Assembly (NCBI GenBank): GCA_017547755.1
Contig: JAFYOX010000089.1
Location: 1,643-65,642 of the forward strand
Length of the DNA stretch: 64,000 nucleotides
Direction: 5' to 3'
DNA from: Clostridia bacterium
GTDB taxonomy: Bacteria > Bacillota > Clostridia > Oscillospirales > CAG-272
This document shows positions 44,364 through 53,174 of this stretch, piece after piece. The notes beneath the pieces were generated by a model, which saw only the letters and a program-made list of their open reading frames with translations, searched no databases and was not told the DNA's origin. The position numbers and the translations under genes were made by a program. Position 1 is the first letter of the stretch; each line of letters starts with the position of its first letter.

Positions 44364-45902
44364 ATGAAACGAATTATGGCTATGGCTCTTTCTTTCCTTC
44401 TTCTCACATCCTGCTCCGGAGAACCGGCGGAAACCACTCCGGTTCCGGAATCTGTTCCGGCTCCCGAAACCGTACCGGTGACGGAAACCGTTCCCGTACC
44501 GGAGGAACCTGCCGCATCCGCAGAAGCACTTCAGGAACCTGCGGCAGAGGAAGTGACCGTCTCTACCTATGCCGATCCCGTCATTGCGGCGGAAAACCTT
44601 TCCCGCGCGGTGGAATACGCAAAGACGATCCGCGGACTTTACTGGGATTCCGAAACCTGCCTGTCCCGGCTGACACCGGACGGCGGCAAGCCGTTCCTGT
44701 GGCCCTACACGGAGCAGGCGGCAATGGTCAACGGCATCCTGCTTGCGATGGACAGGGATCACGAAGACCGTGCGTATTTTGAAGAATATCTGACGGAACT
44801 GATCGAAGGTCTCCGCCATTACCGCGTGAAGGAGGCCCGCATGACCGGAAATCAGACGTGGAACAACGAAGATCACGTCATGACGGCGTTCGGTGAAAAC
44901 GACGGTACGCCCGGATGCTATGCGATCTACTGCGCGTCCCGGAGCGATGCCTCGGTTGACCGCACCCGTACCCTCACGGACGGCGTGTATTTTGACGACA
45001 ACGTCTGGGTGGCAAAGGAAATGTACTATGCCTACCTCAATCTCGGCGATGAACGCTATCTCAACGAAGCGGTCAGCATCCTGAACTGGATCATCGGCGA
45101 AGGCTACGAACCCGCGGAAGGTCTGAACGGGATCTACTGGAAATGGTCGTCGAAATTCGAATTTGCCGGCGGCGATTACAGTGACAGCAATCACGCTTCG
45201 CTCAATGCCTGCTCGAGCGTTCCGACGTCGATGATGCTTGCCAAGGTCTACCGGATCACGGAAGGCATGGAAAAGTTCGCGGGTCTGCGGGAAAATTATC
45301 TGACCTGTGCGGAAGCGATCTACCGCTTTGCCGAAGATGTCCTGCTGGATCGTTCGACCGGCTGTATCGTGGACAAGATCTTCCTGAAGCAGGGATTTGA
45401 ATCCATGACCGGCAAGTCGCGCATCCAGAAGACGGACGGAAATCAGTTTGCCTATAACACGGGAACCTTTATGACCGCCGGTGCGGAACTGTACGCGATC
45501 GCATCCGAACAGGGACGCACGGAAGACGCGGAATTTTATCTTAACCAGAGCGCGGCAACGGCAAAAGGCGCGGACGTCAAGTTCGGTGACCGGACAGTTA
45601 AATCAGGTCAATACTCCTATCCGTCGCACAGCTGGTTCACCTCCTTCCTTCTCGAAGGATTCGCGGATCTTGCACCTGTTCTCCCCGAAGCGGCGGAATA
45701 TGCCGATCATATGCGCTCTTCCCTCGATTATGCGTGGAACAACAACCGTGCGGCGGACGGTCTGGTCTGCCCGTCGTGGATCCGCGGCTGGTCCCGCTAC
45801 AACGACAACGACCCGAATTCCGAAGGAAATCCGCGGCAGATCCTTCTGCAGTCCGCAAACGCGCACTGCTACGCGATGCTTGCGCGGCATTACGCGGAAT
45901 AA
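44364..45902 (+). CDS. GH76-family (endo-alpha-1,6-mannanase-like) lipoprotein
   Basis: Lipobox LTSC, Pro/Glu linker, YFDDNVWV (catalytic DD), GIYW, NACS, AYNTGT. Confidence 0.8.
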   Translation: MKRIMAMALSFLLLTSCSGEPAETTPVPESVPAPETVPVTETVPVPEEPAASAEALQEPAAEEVTVSTYADPVIAAENLSRAVEYAKTIRGLYWDSETCLSRLTPDGGKPFLWPYTEQAAMVNGILLAMDRDHEDRAYFEEYLTELIEGLRHYRVKEARMTGNQTWNNEDHVMTAFGENDGTPGCYAIYCASRSDASVDRTRTLTDGVYFDDNVWVAKEMYYAYLNLGDERYLNEAVSILNWIIGEGYEPAEGLNGIYWKWSSKFEFAGGDYSDSNHASLNACSSVPTSMMLAKVYRITEGMEKFAGLRENYLTCAEAIYRFAEDVLLDRSTGCIVDKIFLKQGFESMTGKSRIQKTDGNQFAYNTGTFMTAGAELYAIASEQGRTEDAEFYLNQSAATAKGADVKFGDRTVKSGQYSYPSHSWFTSFLLEGFADLAPVLPEAAEYADHMRSSLDYAWNNNRAADGLVCPSWIRGWSRYNDNDPNSEGNPRQILLQSANAHCYAMLARHYAE

Positions 45903-45926
45903 CGGCGCCGCCGCAGGGAGAGCGTT

Positions 45927-47582
45927 ATGAATATCAACAAACCCAACCGCGGTTCCGCATCCGCTCCGGATCACATCCTTCTTTCGATCTGCGGAGACGC
46001 GAAAACCTCGATGGCTGTTTCGTGGCGCACCGACTGTACGGTGACGCAGGGATGGGCGGAAGTCCGCAGAGAAGATCAATCCCCGGCGGAAGCCGTCCGT
46101 TTCCCGGCGAATACACAGTATTTCCGGAGTGACATCGACGAAAGCCATTTCCATACGGCGATCCTCACGGGACTTACGCCGGACACCCGCTATGTTTATA
46201 CCGTAGGCGACGGATCCCACCGGAGTACGGAATATTCCTTCCGGACGGAGCCGGAGGATCTCACGCATTACAGCTTCCTCATCATTGCGGACCAGCAGAA
46301 TACGGAGCCGTTTGCCGCGCCCGAATACCGTCCGGTGCGGAATCTGCTCGATCTTGCCCTGCGCCGCTGTCCCGAGGCAAAATTCATCCTCAGCCTCGGG
46401 GACAACGTCGACAACGGTGAAAACGAACTGCAGTGGAACGGTCTGTTTTACGGTCTCGACGGCATCAGCCAGAACATCCCCGTCATGCTTGCCACCGGGA
46501 ACCACGACAACCGCGGCTTCCGTGTCTACGAAGAATTCCGCAGAGAGGGGAAGTATTACCTCGATCACGCCGATGCGTTCGACTTCAAGTTCCGTGAAGC
46601 CTATCCGCAGAACGGTCCGGAAGGCTACGAGACCGAAAATTATTCGTTCGATTACGGCAATGTGCATCTGACCGTACTCGGTGTGAACGCTTACGAAGAG
46701 ACCGGTGCATGGGCAAAAGAGGATCTGACCGCAAGCGAAAAGACGTGGAAGCTCGCCGCGTTCCACTATCCGGTGTTCCCCGTCATGCCGGAAGGCGTCG
46801 GCGGAATGTTCTACGGAAAGATCCCCGAAGCGCTTGACATCGGAAAAGCGGACATCATGTTTGCCGGACACGAGCATTCATTCGCGCGTTCGTATCCGAT
46901 CCGCAATTACGAAATGTTCGACCGACCGTCCGAAGGTACGGTGCACTATATCCTCGGAAACAGCGGGGACAACGGTTTTGCCTCCAACGCGGCGAAGGTC
47001 TGGTACTACAATTTCTATCCGCAGGAAGAACGCAACAGTATGTACGCGCAGGTCGACGTCACGCCGACGCGCCTGACCGTCACCGCATACCTCGATGACG
47101 GACGTACCGCCGACCGCTTCACCATCGACAGGGAACGCGACGAGATCGATCCGCCGCTGACGGCACCGGTATATTTTGATACCCACATGACGTTCAAGGG
47201 CAACCGGACGGAACTTGCCGCGAGAGGGATCTATGCCCATCACGCGGATGGAAAGATCTTCGTACCGTTTGCCGTGATCGCCCAGACCATCGGCTCGGAA
47301 GTTGTCAAGGAACCGGGACAGGTGACGATCGATCTGTATGGGATCCGCACCGTCTTCCGCGAAGGAAGTGCGGAAGCGCTCCGTAACGGGGAACCGTTTG
47401 CACTGACTTCGCCGGTATATGCGGGCGACATGGGCGAACTGTACATTTCCGCTGATGACATTTCCGCTGTCTGGAATCTGCGCTGGCGGTATGCCGCGCG
47501 CAACAATATCATCGATTTCGACTATGCGGAAGAAGATTTCCCGCGCAGCAAACAGCCGCCGTCGGCAAAGGAGAACGCGTGA
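45927..47582 (+). CDS. Purple-acid-phosphatase-like metallophosphoesterase (FN3 + MPP + C-terminal copper-amine-oxidase-N-like domain)
   Basis: AVSWRT...LTGLTPDTRYVYTVG; IADQQ, LGDNVD, GNHD, FHYP, AGHEH; IFVPFAVIAQTIG. Confidence 0.82.
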   Translation: MNINKPNRGSASAPDHILLSICGDAKTSMAVSWRTDCTVTQGWAEVRREDQSPAEAVRFPANTQYFRSDIDESHFHTAILTGLTPDTRYVYTVGDGSHRSTEYSFRTEPEDLTHYSFLIIADQQNTEPFAAPEYRPVRNLLDLALRRCPEAKFILSLGDNVDNGENELQWNGLFYGLDGISQNIPVMLATGNHDNRGFRVYEEFRREGKYYLDHADAFDFKFREAYPQNGPEGYETENYSFDYGNVHLTVLGVNAYEETGAWAKEDLTASEKTWKLAAFHYPVFPVMPEGVGGMFYGKIPEALDIGKADIMFAGHEHSFARSYPIRNYEMFDRPSEGTVHYILGNSGDNGFASNAAKVWYYNFYPQEERNSMYAQVDVTPTRLTVTAYLDDGRTADRFTIDRERDEIDPPLTAPVYFDTHMTFKGNRTELAARGIYAHHADGKIFVPFAVIAQTIGSEVVKEPGQVTIDLYGIRTVFREGSAEALRNGEPFALTSPVYAGDMGELYISADDISAVWNLRWRYAARNNIIDFDYAEEDFPRSKQPPSAKENA

Positions 47583-47618
47583 TGCCTGCGGAATCCGCGG
47601 AGGATTCCGGAAATCCTC

Positions 47619-47647
47619 TTGTATTCTGCGGAAATATGTGATATAAT
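47619..47647 (+). promoter_or_regulatory. sigma-A promoter of the MFS gene
   Basis: TTGTAT-N17-TATAAT with TGn. Confidence 0.55.
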
Positions 47648-47684
47648 ATTATATTATTTTTCGAATCAAGGAGATTCAATCCAT

Positions 47685-48908
47685 ATGTCTGTTTCCGCTT
47701 CCGTTTCCAGACGCCGGATCTATCTGGTCGTCGGGGTCGCCGCCATGCTGTTTTCCGGCGTTTTGTATGCGTGGTCCATTCTGAAAATGCCGTTCAAAGA
47801 TATTTTCGGCTGGAGCGATTCCGCTTTGGCGCTCAATTTCACGCTGACCATGTGTTTCTTCTGCCTCGGTGCGTTTTTCGGCAGTCTGATCTGCAAGCGG
47901 ACAAGTCCCCGCTTTGCTCTGATCCTTGCCGGGATCCTCGTCGGTATCGGCTTCGGTCTGACCGGCTTCCTCACCGCGGACGGTCTTGCACTTCTGTATG
48001 TTACTTACGCCGTTCTTGCCGGTTCCGGGATCGGGATTTCCTACAACGTCATCGTTTCCACGGTCACGGCGTGGTTCCCCGACAAAAAGGGCTTCTGCTC
48101 CGGCTGTCTGATGATGGGCTTCGGTTTCAGCACGCTTCTTCTCGGGAATCTGATCGACGCTCTCTTTGCTTCGTCCGCGTTCGGCTGGAGCGGTACGTTC
48201 ATTCTTCTCGGTATCCTTCTTGCGGTGATCCTCGTTATCTCCGGACTGATCCTCCGCCGTCCGGCGGCGGATACGGAATTCCCGGCAGTCAAAGCCGGAA
48301 AGAACGTCCGTAAGGAAGATTTCGAAGTCCGCGATTTCACCACGGCGGAAATGCTCCGCAGCTTCACCTACTGGAGAGCGTTTGTCTGTATGGCGTTCAT
48401 GACGGCGGTGGGCAATTCCGTGATCAGCTTTGCGCGTGACCTGGTGCTTTCCGTGGATGCCGCACCCGCACTTGCCACCACGCTGGTTGGCGTACTTGCC
48501 GTATGCAACGGTCTCGGACGCATCCTTACCGGCGCGGTCTACGATGCGCTCGGACGCCGCGTGACCATGCTTGCCGCCAACGGCATTGCCATCGTTGCCG
48601 CAGGGATCACGCTGATGGCAGTATGGCTCCATTCTCTGCCGATCTGCATTGCCGGTCTCTGCCTGACCGGACTTTCCTACGGTGCCTGCCCCACCGTTAC
48701 TTCGGCGTTCACGTCGTCGTTCTACGGCACGAAATATTTCCCGGTCAACTACAGCATCACCAATTTCAACCTGATCGCCGCCGCGTTCATCGCGGCATGG
48801 AGCAACAGCCTGCTGGTTTCCACCGGAAGCTACACCGCTCCGTTCGTGATGCTGCTGATCCTTGCCGTCTGTGCGCTCGGACTGAATTTCAGCGTCCGCA
48901 GACCGTAA
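47685..48908 (+). CDS. MFS transporter, oxalate/formate antiporter (OFA)-like
   Basis: GVLYAWS, AWFPDKKGFCSG..MGFG, NGLGRI..G..YDALGR, FYGTKYF; ~12 TM. Confidence 0.88.
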   Translation: MSVSASVSRRRIYLVVGVAAMLFSGVLYAWSILKMPFKDIFGWSDSALALNFTLTMCFFCLGAFFGSLICKRTSPRFALILAGILVGIGFGLTGFLTADGLALLYVTYAVLAGSGIGISYNVIVSTVTAWFPDKKGFCSGCLMMGFGFSTLLLGNLIDALFASSAFGWSGTFILLGILLAVILVISGLILRRPAADTEFPAVKAGKNVRKEDFEVRDFTTAEMLRSFTYWRAFVCMAFMTAVGNSVISFARDLVLSVDAAPALATTLVGVLAVCNGLGRILTGAVYDALGRRVTMLAANGIAIVAAGITLMAVWLHSLPICIAGLCLTGLSYGACPTVTSAFTSSFYGTKYFPVNYSITNFNLIAAAFIAAWSNSLLVSTGSYTAPFVMLLILAVCALGLNFSVRRP

Positions 48909-48938
48909 ATCCCGTACGATATCCGTACATAGAAGCAG

Positions 48939-48974
48939 AACAGCCCCCTCACCGATGTGAAAGGGGCTGTTTTT
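48939..48974. terminator. Terminator hairpin between convergent genes
   Basis: AACAGCCCCCTCAC-CGAT-GTGAAAGGGGCTGTTTTT. Confidence 0.65.
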
Positions 48975-48985
48975 CTATCTGTTTT

Positions 48986-51055
48986 TCAGTTTTCGCAGAG
49001 GATCTTCGCGCCGTACGGCGGAAGGGTCAGGGTAAATCCCGAACCGCAGACGTCCGCGGTTTCCTCCGTCAGCGGATCGAACAGGACGGCGCTTTCCCGT
49101 CCGGGAATCTTAGCGGAAGTACAGACGGCTTCCGGCGTGGTATTGACGAGAAGGATGCTTCGTCCGTTGGCGTTTTCACGGCAGAGGCAGAGGATCTGCG
49201 GCGCATTGTCGAGAAGAATGACGGGCGTCTGAACCGCGCGGATCTGTTCCGGAAGGGAATCGGGTACGGCGTTTTCCGGCAGACAGATGACTGTCACGCC
49301 GTGACGGGTCATGCGGCGGACAACGGTGCGCAGACGCGGAGAGTTCAGGCAGTACGGGATGACCAGTACGCGGAATTCCTCGCCGCCGGCGGCGGTAAAG
49401 AAGCCGTCGTTCAGTCTTGCCTTTTCAAGGGCTTCCAGATCGAGGAAATCAAAGTCGATCTGATGATCGAGCAGGGTGTTCATAGTGCCGCGCACGCTTT
49501 CCCAGCAGGCGTTTGCCAGCGGATTTTTGTACATCCAGGAATAGATCTGTTCACTGCCGTGAGGAATGGTATCTGCCTGAATGGTTTCGATGGGATAATA
49601 TACCGCCGTGCCGGTGATATGCCGTCCGCCGCCGAGAAGACGGTCGATCCGTCCGACGGCGCGGTTGTAGCGTGCGTATTCCGGCGCATCCAGGAGATGC
49701 TTCGAGAAATAGGAGGTGAACACGTCGACGCCGAGCGCGTACTGCGTGGTCATGGTGCAGTAGAACTGTTCGGTCGTCACGTTGCCTCCCTGTGCGTGTG
49801 CGGAAATTTCGCTCATCACATGGGGACGGCGGTACGTATGGGCGATCGAAGAGATCAGCTTGGGCGTGAATGCATCGTCGCGGATCCGTTCGGGGATGCC
49901 GTTGAGCATATCGATCCCGGGAATGTGCATATGCCGCAGAAGCGAGAAGAAATTCCCTTCAAAGACCGGATGATAGCGGATGTCGTCTTCCAGAAGCAGA
50001 TGACCGGAGAAGGGAAGATCGTGCTTCGCGCAGAAATCGGAGATCTGTGCGAAGAAGCTCTGTTCGTACAGGTCGGAAAGGACGCCGTAGAACTGCTGGC
50101 GTACCCGCATGGCTTCTTTGCCGCGACCGGTGAACAGGCAGTAGATCCGGGATCTCAGCTCATATCCCCAGACGGAGCTGAAGCGGTTTTCCACGTCCGC
50201 GCCCCAGTTGACCGACGGAAGGAATTCGATGGTTTCGTCAAAGGGATCATGGATGGAGCCGGGGATCAGTCCGAGATTGATGTAGGCGCCCATGTACGAC
50301 GGTTCGTCGGTGAAAATGGCTTCGATGGGACCGGCTCCCGCCAGTTTTTCGGCGTAGGGACGGTAGGTATTTTCAAGGAATGCGGCAACGGCTTCCCGGT
50401 TGGAAACGTCGATGTAGCGCCGTGCTTCGCAGACATTGTGGATGGCGTGCGTTCCTTCGTACATCGGCTTGCGGTAGAAGACCGCCGCCGTGACGGGACC
50501 GTCCGTCGTGTTTTCGTCCGTCAGATCCGCCTGTCCGGAGAGATCGTACGTTTTCCACGGAGAGAGAAGTTCCTCTTCGGAAAGAGCGTCGAGGCAGTCC
50601 GTTTTCCATGCGTACGCCGCATAAACGCAGGTGTGACCCTTCGGGAAAGGGATCGAGACAGTTTCCCCGGCGGCAAACGTGACCGCTTTCATCGCAAGTC
50701 CCTGTGCCTGCCAGTCGGGATTTCCTTCGTCCAGCGTCAGACCGCCGGCGCCGCCGCTCGGATAGCCTTTTTCGTCGTACAGCCAGACGCGCAGACCCAT
50801 TTCGCGGCAGGTCTGCACCAGCCAGCGCAGAAGGATCCATTCCTCGTCGTCGCGCAGATAGCGCGCGTTCTGACATACATTGGTGACGAGACCGCCGAAC
50901 CCCTTGGCGCGCAGATCGTCAAGGACGGCGCGGATGATCCGCTGTTTTTCGGCGATGGGCGCGTCGGGCGCGTAGCCGAATCCGTGGGTCAGGGACAGCG
51001 GAAGGTACGGTACCGGATTTTCTGCGAAATCCTGCATCCGTTCGGTTAAATTCAT
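48986..51055 (-). CDS. GH106-like glycoside hydrolase (alpha-L-rhamnosidase-like fold)
   Basis: VWLYDEKGYPSGGAGG, IFTDEPS, FSGHLLLE, HIPGIDML, KLISSIAH..VMSE. Confidence 0.7.
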   Translation of the reverse strand: MNLTERMQDFAENPVPYLPLSLTHGFGYAPDAPIAEKQRIIRAVLDDLRAKGFGGLVTNVCQNARYLRDDEEWILLRWLVQTCREMGLRVWLYDEKGYPSGGAGGLTLDEGNPDWQAQGLAMKAVTFAAGETVSIPFPKGHTCVYAAYAWKTDCLDALSEEELLSPWKTYDLSGQADLTDENTTDGPVTAAVFYRKPMYEGTHAIHNVCEARRYIDVSNREAVAAFLENTYRPYAEKLAGAGPIEAIFTDEPSYMGAYINLGLIPGSIHDPFDETIEFLPSVNWGADVENRFSSVWGYELRSRIYCLFTGRGKEAMRVRQQFYGVLSDLYEQSFFAQISDFCAKHDLPFSGHLLLEDDIRYHPVFEGNFFSLLRHMHIPGIDMLNGIPERIRDDAFTPKLISSIAHTYRRPHVMSEISAHAQGGNVTTEQFYCTMTTQYALGVDVFTSYFSKHLLDAPEYARYNRAVGRIDRLLGGGRHITGTAVYYPIETIQADTIPHGSEQIYSWMYKNPLANACWESVRGTMNTLLDHQIDFDFLDLEALEKARLNDGFFTAAGGEEFRVLVIPYCLNSPRLRTVVRRMTRHGVTVICLPENAVPDSLPEQIRAVQTPVILLDNAPQILCLCRENANGRSILLVNTTPEAVCTSAKIPGRESAVLFDPLTEETADVCGSGFTLTLPPYGAKILCEN

Positions 51056-51105
51056 AGATAATCTCCTTTCCGGGATGGAATACGTTCGGAAGAGCCGTTT
51101 TTTTC

Positions 51106-51149
51106 ACTATATCATGTTTGTGAGGAAAAGTCAATTCATCCGGGCGATT
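51106..51149 (-). promoter_or_regulatory. sigma-A promoter of the GH106-like gene with an upstream AATCGCCCGGA box
   Basis: Minus strand AATCGCCCGGATGAA-TTGACT-N17-TATAGT. Confidence 0.55.
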
Positions 51150-51217
51150 TTCGCTTCCGGAACCCCGGAAAACGGCAGAAAAAGCATTGTGATAATGACG
51201 AATTTCCATCCCGGTTA

Positions 51218-51246
51218 TTGACTTTTGCAGAGAACTGTTCTATAAT
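51218..51246 (+). promoter_or_regulatory. sigma-A promoter of the LamG operon
   Basis: TTGACT-N17-TATAAT. Confidence 0.65.
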
Positions 51247-51308
51247 GTACAATATGGTAATATAGCCATTTCTGTATAATTAATTTATCAAACATGGAGG
51301 ATGTTCCA

Positions 51309-53129
51309 ATGAAAAAGTTCTGGATGATCCCCGCGGCGGCAGCTCTTGCGGCAGCCTGCGGTATCTCCGCTTATGCGGCAACCGGCGAAGAACTGCTGAA
51401 GTCCGCGGAAATGTACCTCACGTTCGAAGAAACCCTCGATGACGTGATGGGCAACCACACCGTTGAATCCGACGGTGATACCCCCTTCGTTGACGGTAAG
51501 TTCGGTATGGGCGTCAACATTGAAAACGCAGTAAACTCCCTCTACATCGAAGACCTCAAGTTCGAAGATTCTTCCTTCACCATTACCACCTGGATCAACT
51601 GCCACGAGCACAGCGGTGACCCCGTTCTTTTCGGTAACAAGGACTGGAATCTCGGTGCTAACCCCGGCTGGCTCCTCTGCATACGCGGCAGTGACTTCAA
51701 GTTCAACGCAAACGTTGACGGCGGTACCCGTACCGATATGGAATATCCTTTCGCTGTTGCTCCGATCGAAAGCGAAAAGGATACCTGGATGCACGTTGCA
51801 CTCGTTGTTGACCGTGAAAACAATACCTATGAATTCTATGTCAATGGCGTAAAGCAGGGTAAGAGCGGTGACATCAGCGGTCACGCAGGCTCCACCTACG
51901 ACGAAACCTTTATGGAATACCCCTTCGCAATCGGTGAAGACGGTACTCTTCTTTACAACATGATGCAGACCCTTATCTGTGACTACGACGAATTCGCCGT
52001 ATTCATGAAGGCTCTTTCCGCAGAAGAAGTAGAAGCAGTTTACACCTACGCTCCCGCAGGCGAAGAAGCAGCGGCTGTTATTGTAGAAGAAGACCCCAAC
52101 GCTCCTCTCACCTACACCGCAAATGCAGCGGAAGTTCTCGCAACCGCAGATGTATACGTTACCTTTGAAGACGGTGCAAAGGATACCACCGGCAAGTACA
52201 ACATCGTTTCCAACGGTGATACCGCAATCGTTGCAGGTAAGATCGGCAGCGCCGGCAATGTAACCGCAGGCACCAACTACCTCACCGTAGAAGGCTTCGA
52301 ATTCGGTGCAGACTCCTTCACCATCACCTCCTGGATCAAGGCAAACGCTCATACCAGCGACCCCGTAATCTTTGGTAACAAGGACTGGGGTTCCGGTGCA
52401 AATGAAGGCTGGCTCCTCTGCGTTAACGACTCCAGCTGGAAGTACAATGCAAATGGTCTCGGCGGCAACCGTGTTGACTTCTCCTATCCTCACAATATCG
52501 TTGCTTTCCAGAATGCAGAAGGCTCCGAAATCGGCGAATGGTATCACATGGCACTCGTTGTTGACCGTGCAAACGAAACCGTAGAATACTTCATCAACGG
52601 CAGAAGCATTGTTAAGAAGGCTCAGTCTTTCGCAGATAAGCTTCAGACCGGTCTTTCCTACGACGCAGGTCTCGCATTCAACATCGGTGAAGACGGTACC
52701 GGCGCATACAACGCAAACAACACCTTCAACTATGACTACGACGAAATCGCAGTCTTCAAGAAGGTACTCACCGCAGACGAAATCGCAGCGATCTCCTGCT
52801 ACGATCCGAACGCTCCGGTTGCTGAAGCAGCTCCTGTAGTTGAAGAAGCTCCCGCAGTCGAAGAAGCTCCCGCAGTTGAAGAAACTCCCGTAGTTGAAGA
52901 AACTCCCGTAGTTGAAGAAGCTCCGGCAGTTGAAGAACCCGCAGAAGAAATCGTTGAAGAAGTTGTTGAAGCTCCCGCAGAAGAAGCTCCGGCAGAAGAA
53001 GTTGTTGAAACTCCCGCTGCAGCAGAAGTCGTTGAAGAAGCTCCGCAGACCTTTGACTTCGGCGTAATCGGTGCTCTCACCGCAGTTCTTGCTCTCGCAG
53101 GTACCGCAATCAGCCGCAAGAGAAAGTAA
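51309..53129 (+). CDS. Secreted tandem LamG (concanavalin-A-like) protein with a Glu/Ala/Pro/Val stalk and a C-terminal anchor
   Basis: Signal peptide; two repeats of YxTFE...SFTITxWI...DPVxFGNKDW...WxHxALVVDR...IGEDGT...YDE; tail APQTFD-TM-RKRK. Confidence 0.8.
   Translation: MKKFWMIPAAAALAAACGISAYAATGEELLKSAEMYLTFEETLDDVMGNHTVESDGDTPFVDGKFGMGVNIENAVNSLYIEDLKFEDSSFTITTWINCHEHSGDPVLFGNKDWNLGANPGWLLCIRGSDFKFNANVDGGTRTDMEYPFAVAPIESEKDTWMHVALVVDRENNTYEFYVNGVKQGKSGDISGHAGSTYDETFMEYPFAIGEDGTLLYNMMQTLICDYDEFAVFMKALSAEEVEAVYTYAPAGEEAAAVIVEEDPNAPLTYTANAAEVLATADVYVTFEDGAKDTTGKYNIVSNGDTAIVAGKIGSAGNVTAGTNYLTVEGFEFGADSFTITSWIKANAHTSDPVIFGNKDWGSGANEGWLLCVNDSSWKYNANGLGGNRVDFSYPHNIVAFQNAEGSEIGEWYHMALVVDRANETVEYFINGRSIVKKAQSFADKLQTGLSYDAGLAFNIGEDGTGAYNANNTFNYDYDEIAVFKKVLTADEIAAISCYDPNAPVAEAAPVVEEAPAVEEAPAVEETPVVEETPVVEEAPAVEEPAEEIVEEVVEAPAEEAPAEEVVETPAAAEVVEEAPQTFDFGVIGALTAVLALAGTAISRKRK
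52815..53045 (+). repeat. Intragenic ~18-bp tandem repeat encoding (V)EE(A/T)P(A/V)V
   Basis: GTTGAAGAAGCTCCCGCA-like units repeated. Confidence 0.8.
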
Positions 53130-53174
53130 TCAAACAAGAATTCACGGAAAGAAAGTGCAATACAAAAACGGATT

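Noticed and set aside
47589-47609. CGGAAT..ATTCCG palindromes upstream of the MFS (47589) and GH92 (56514) promoters as a shared operator
   Set aside because: Spacing differs (9 vs 5 nt), and CCGGAA/TTCCGG words are very frequent throughout this sequence
52815-53045. Tandem repeats as a mobile or phase-variable element
   Set aside because: In-frame 18-bp units encoding an ordinary acidic stalk; length changes would not shift the frame
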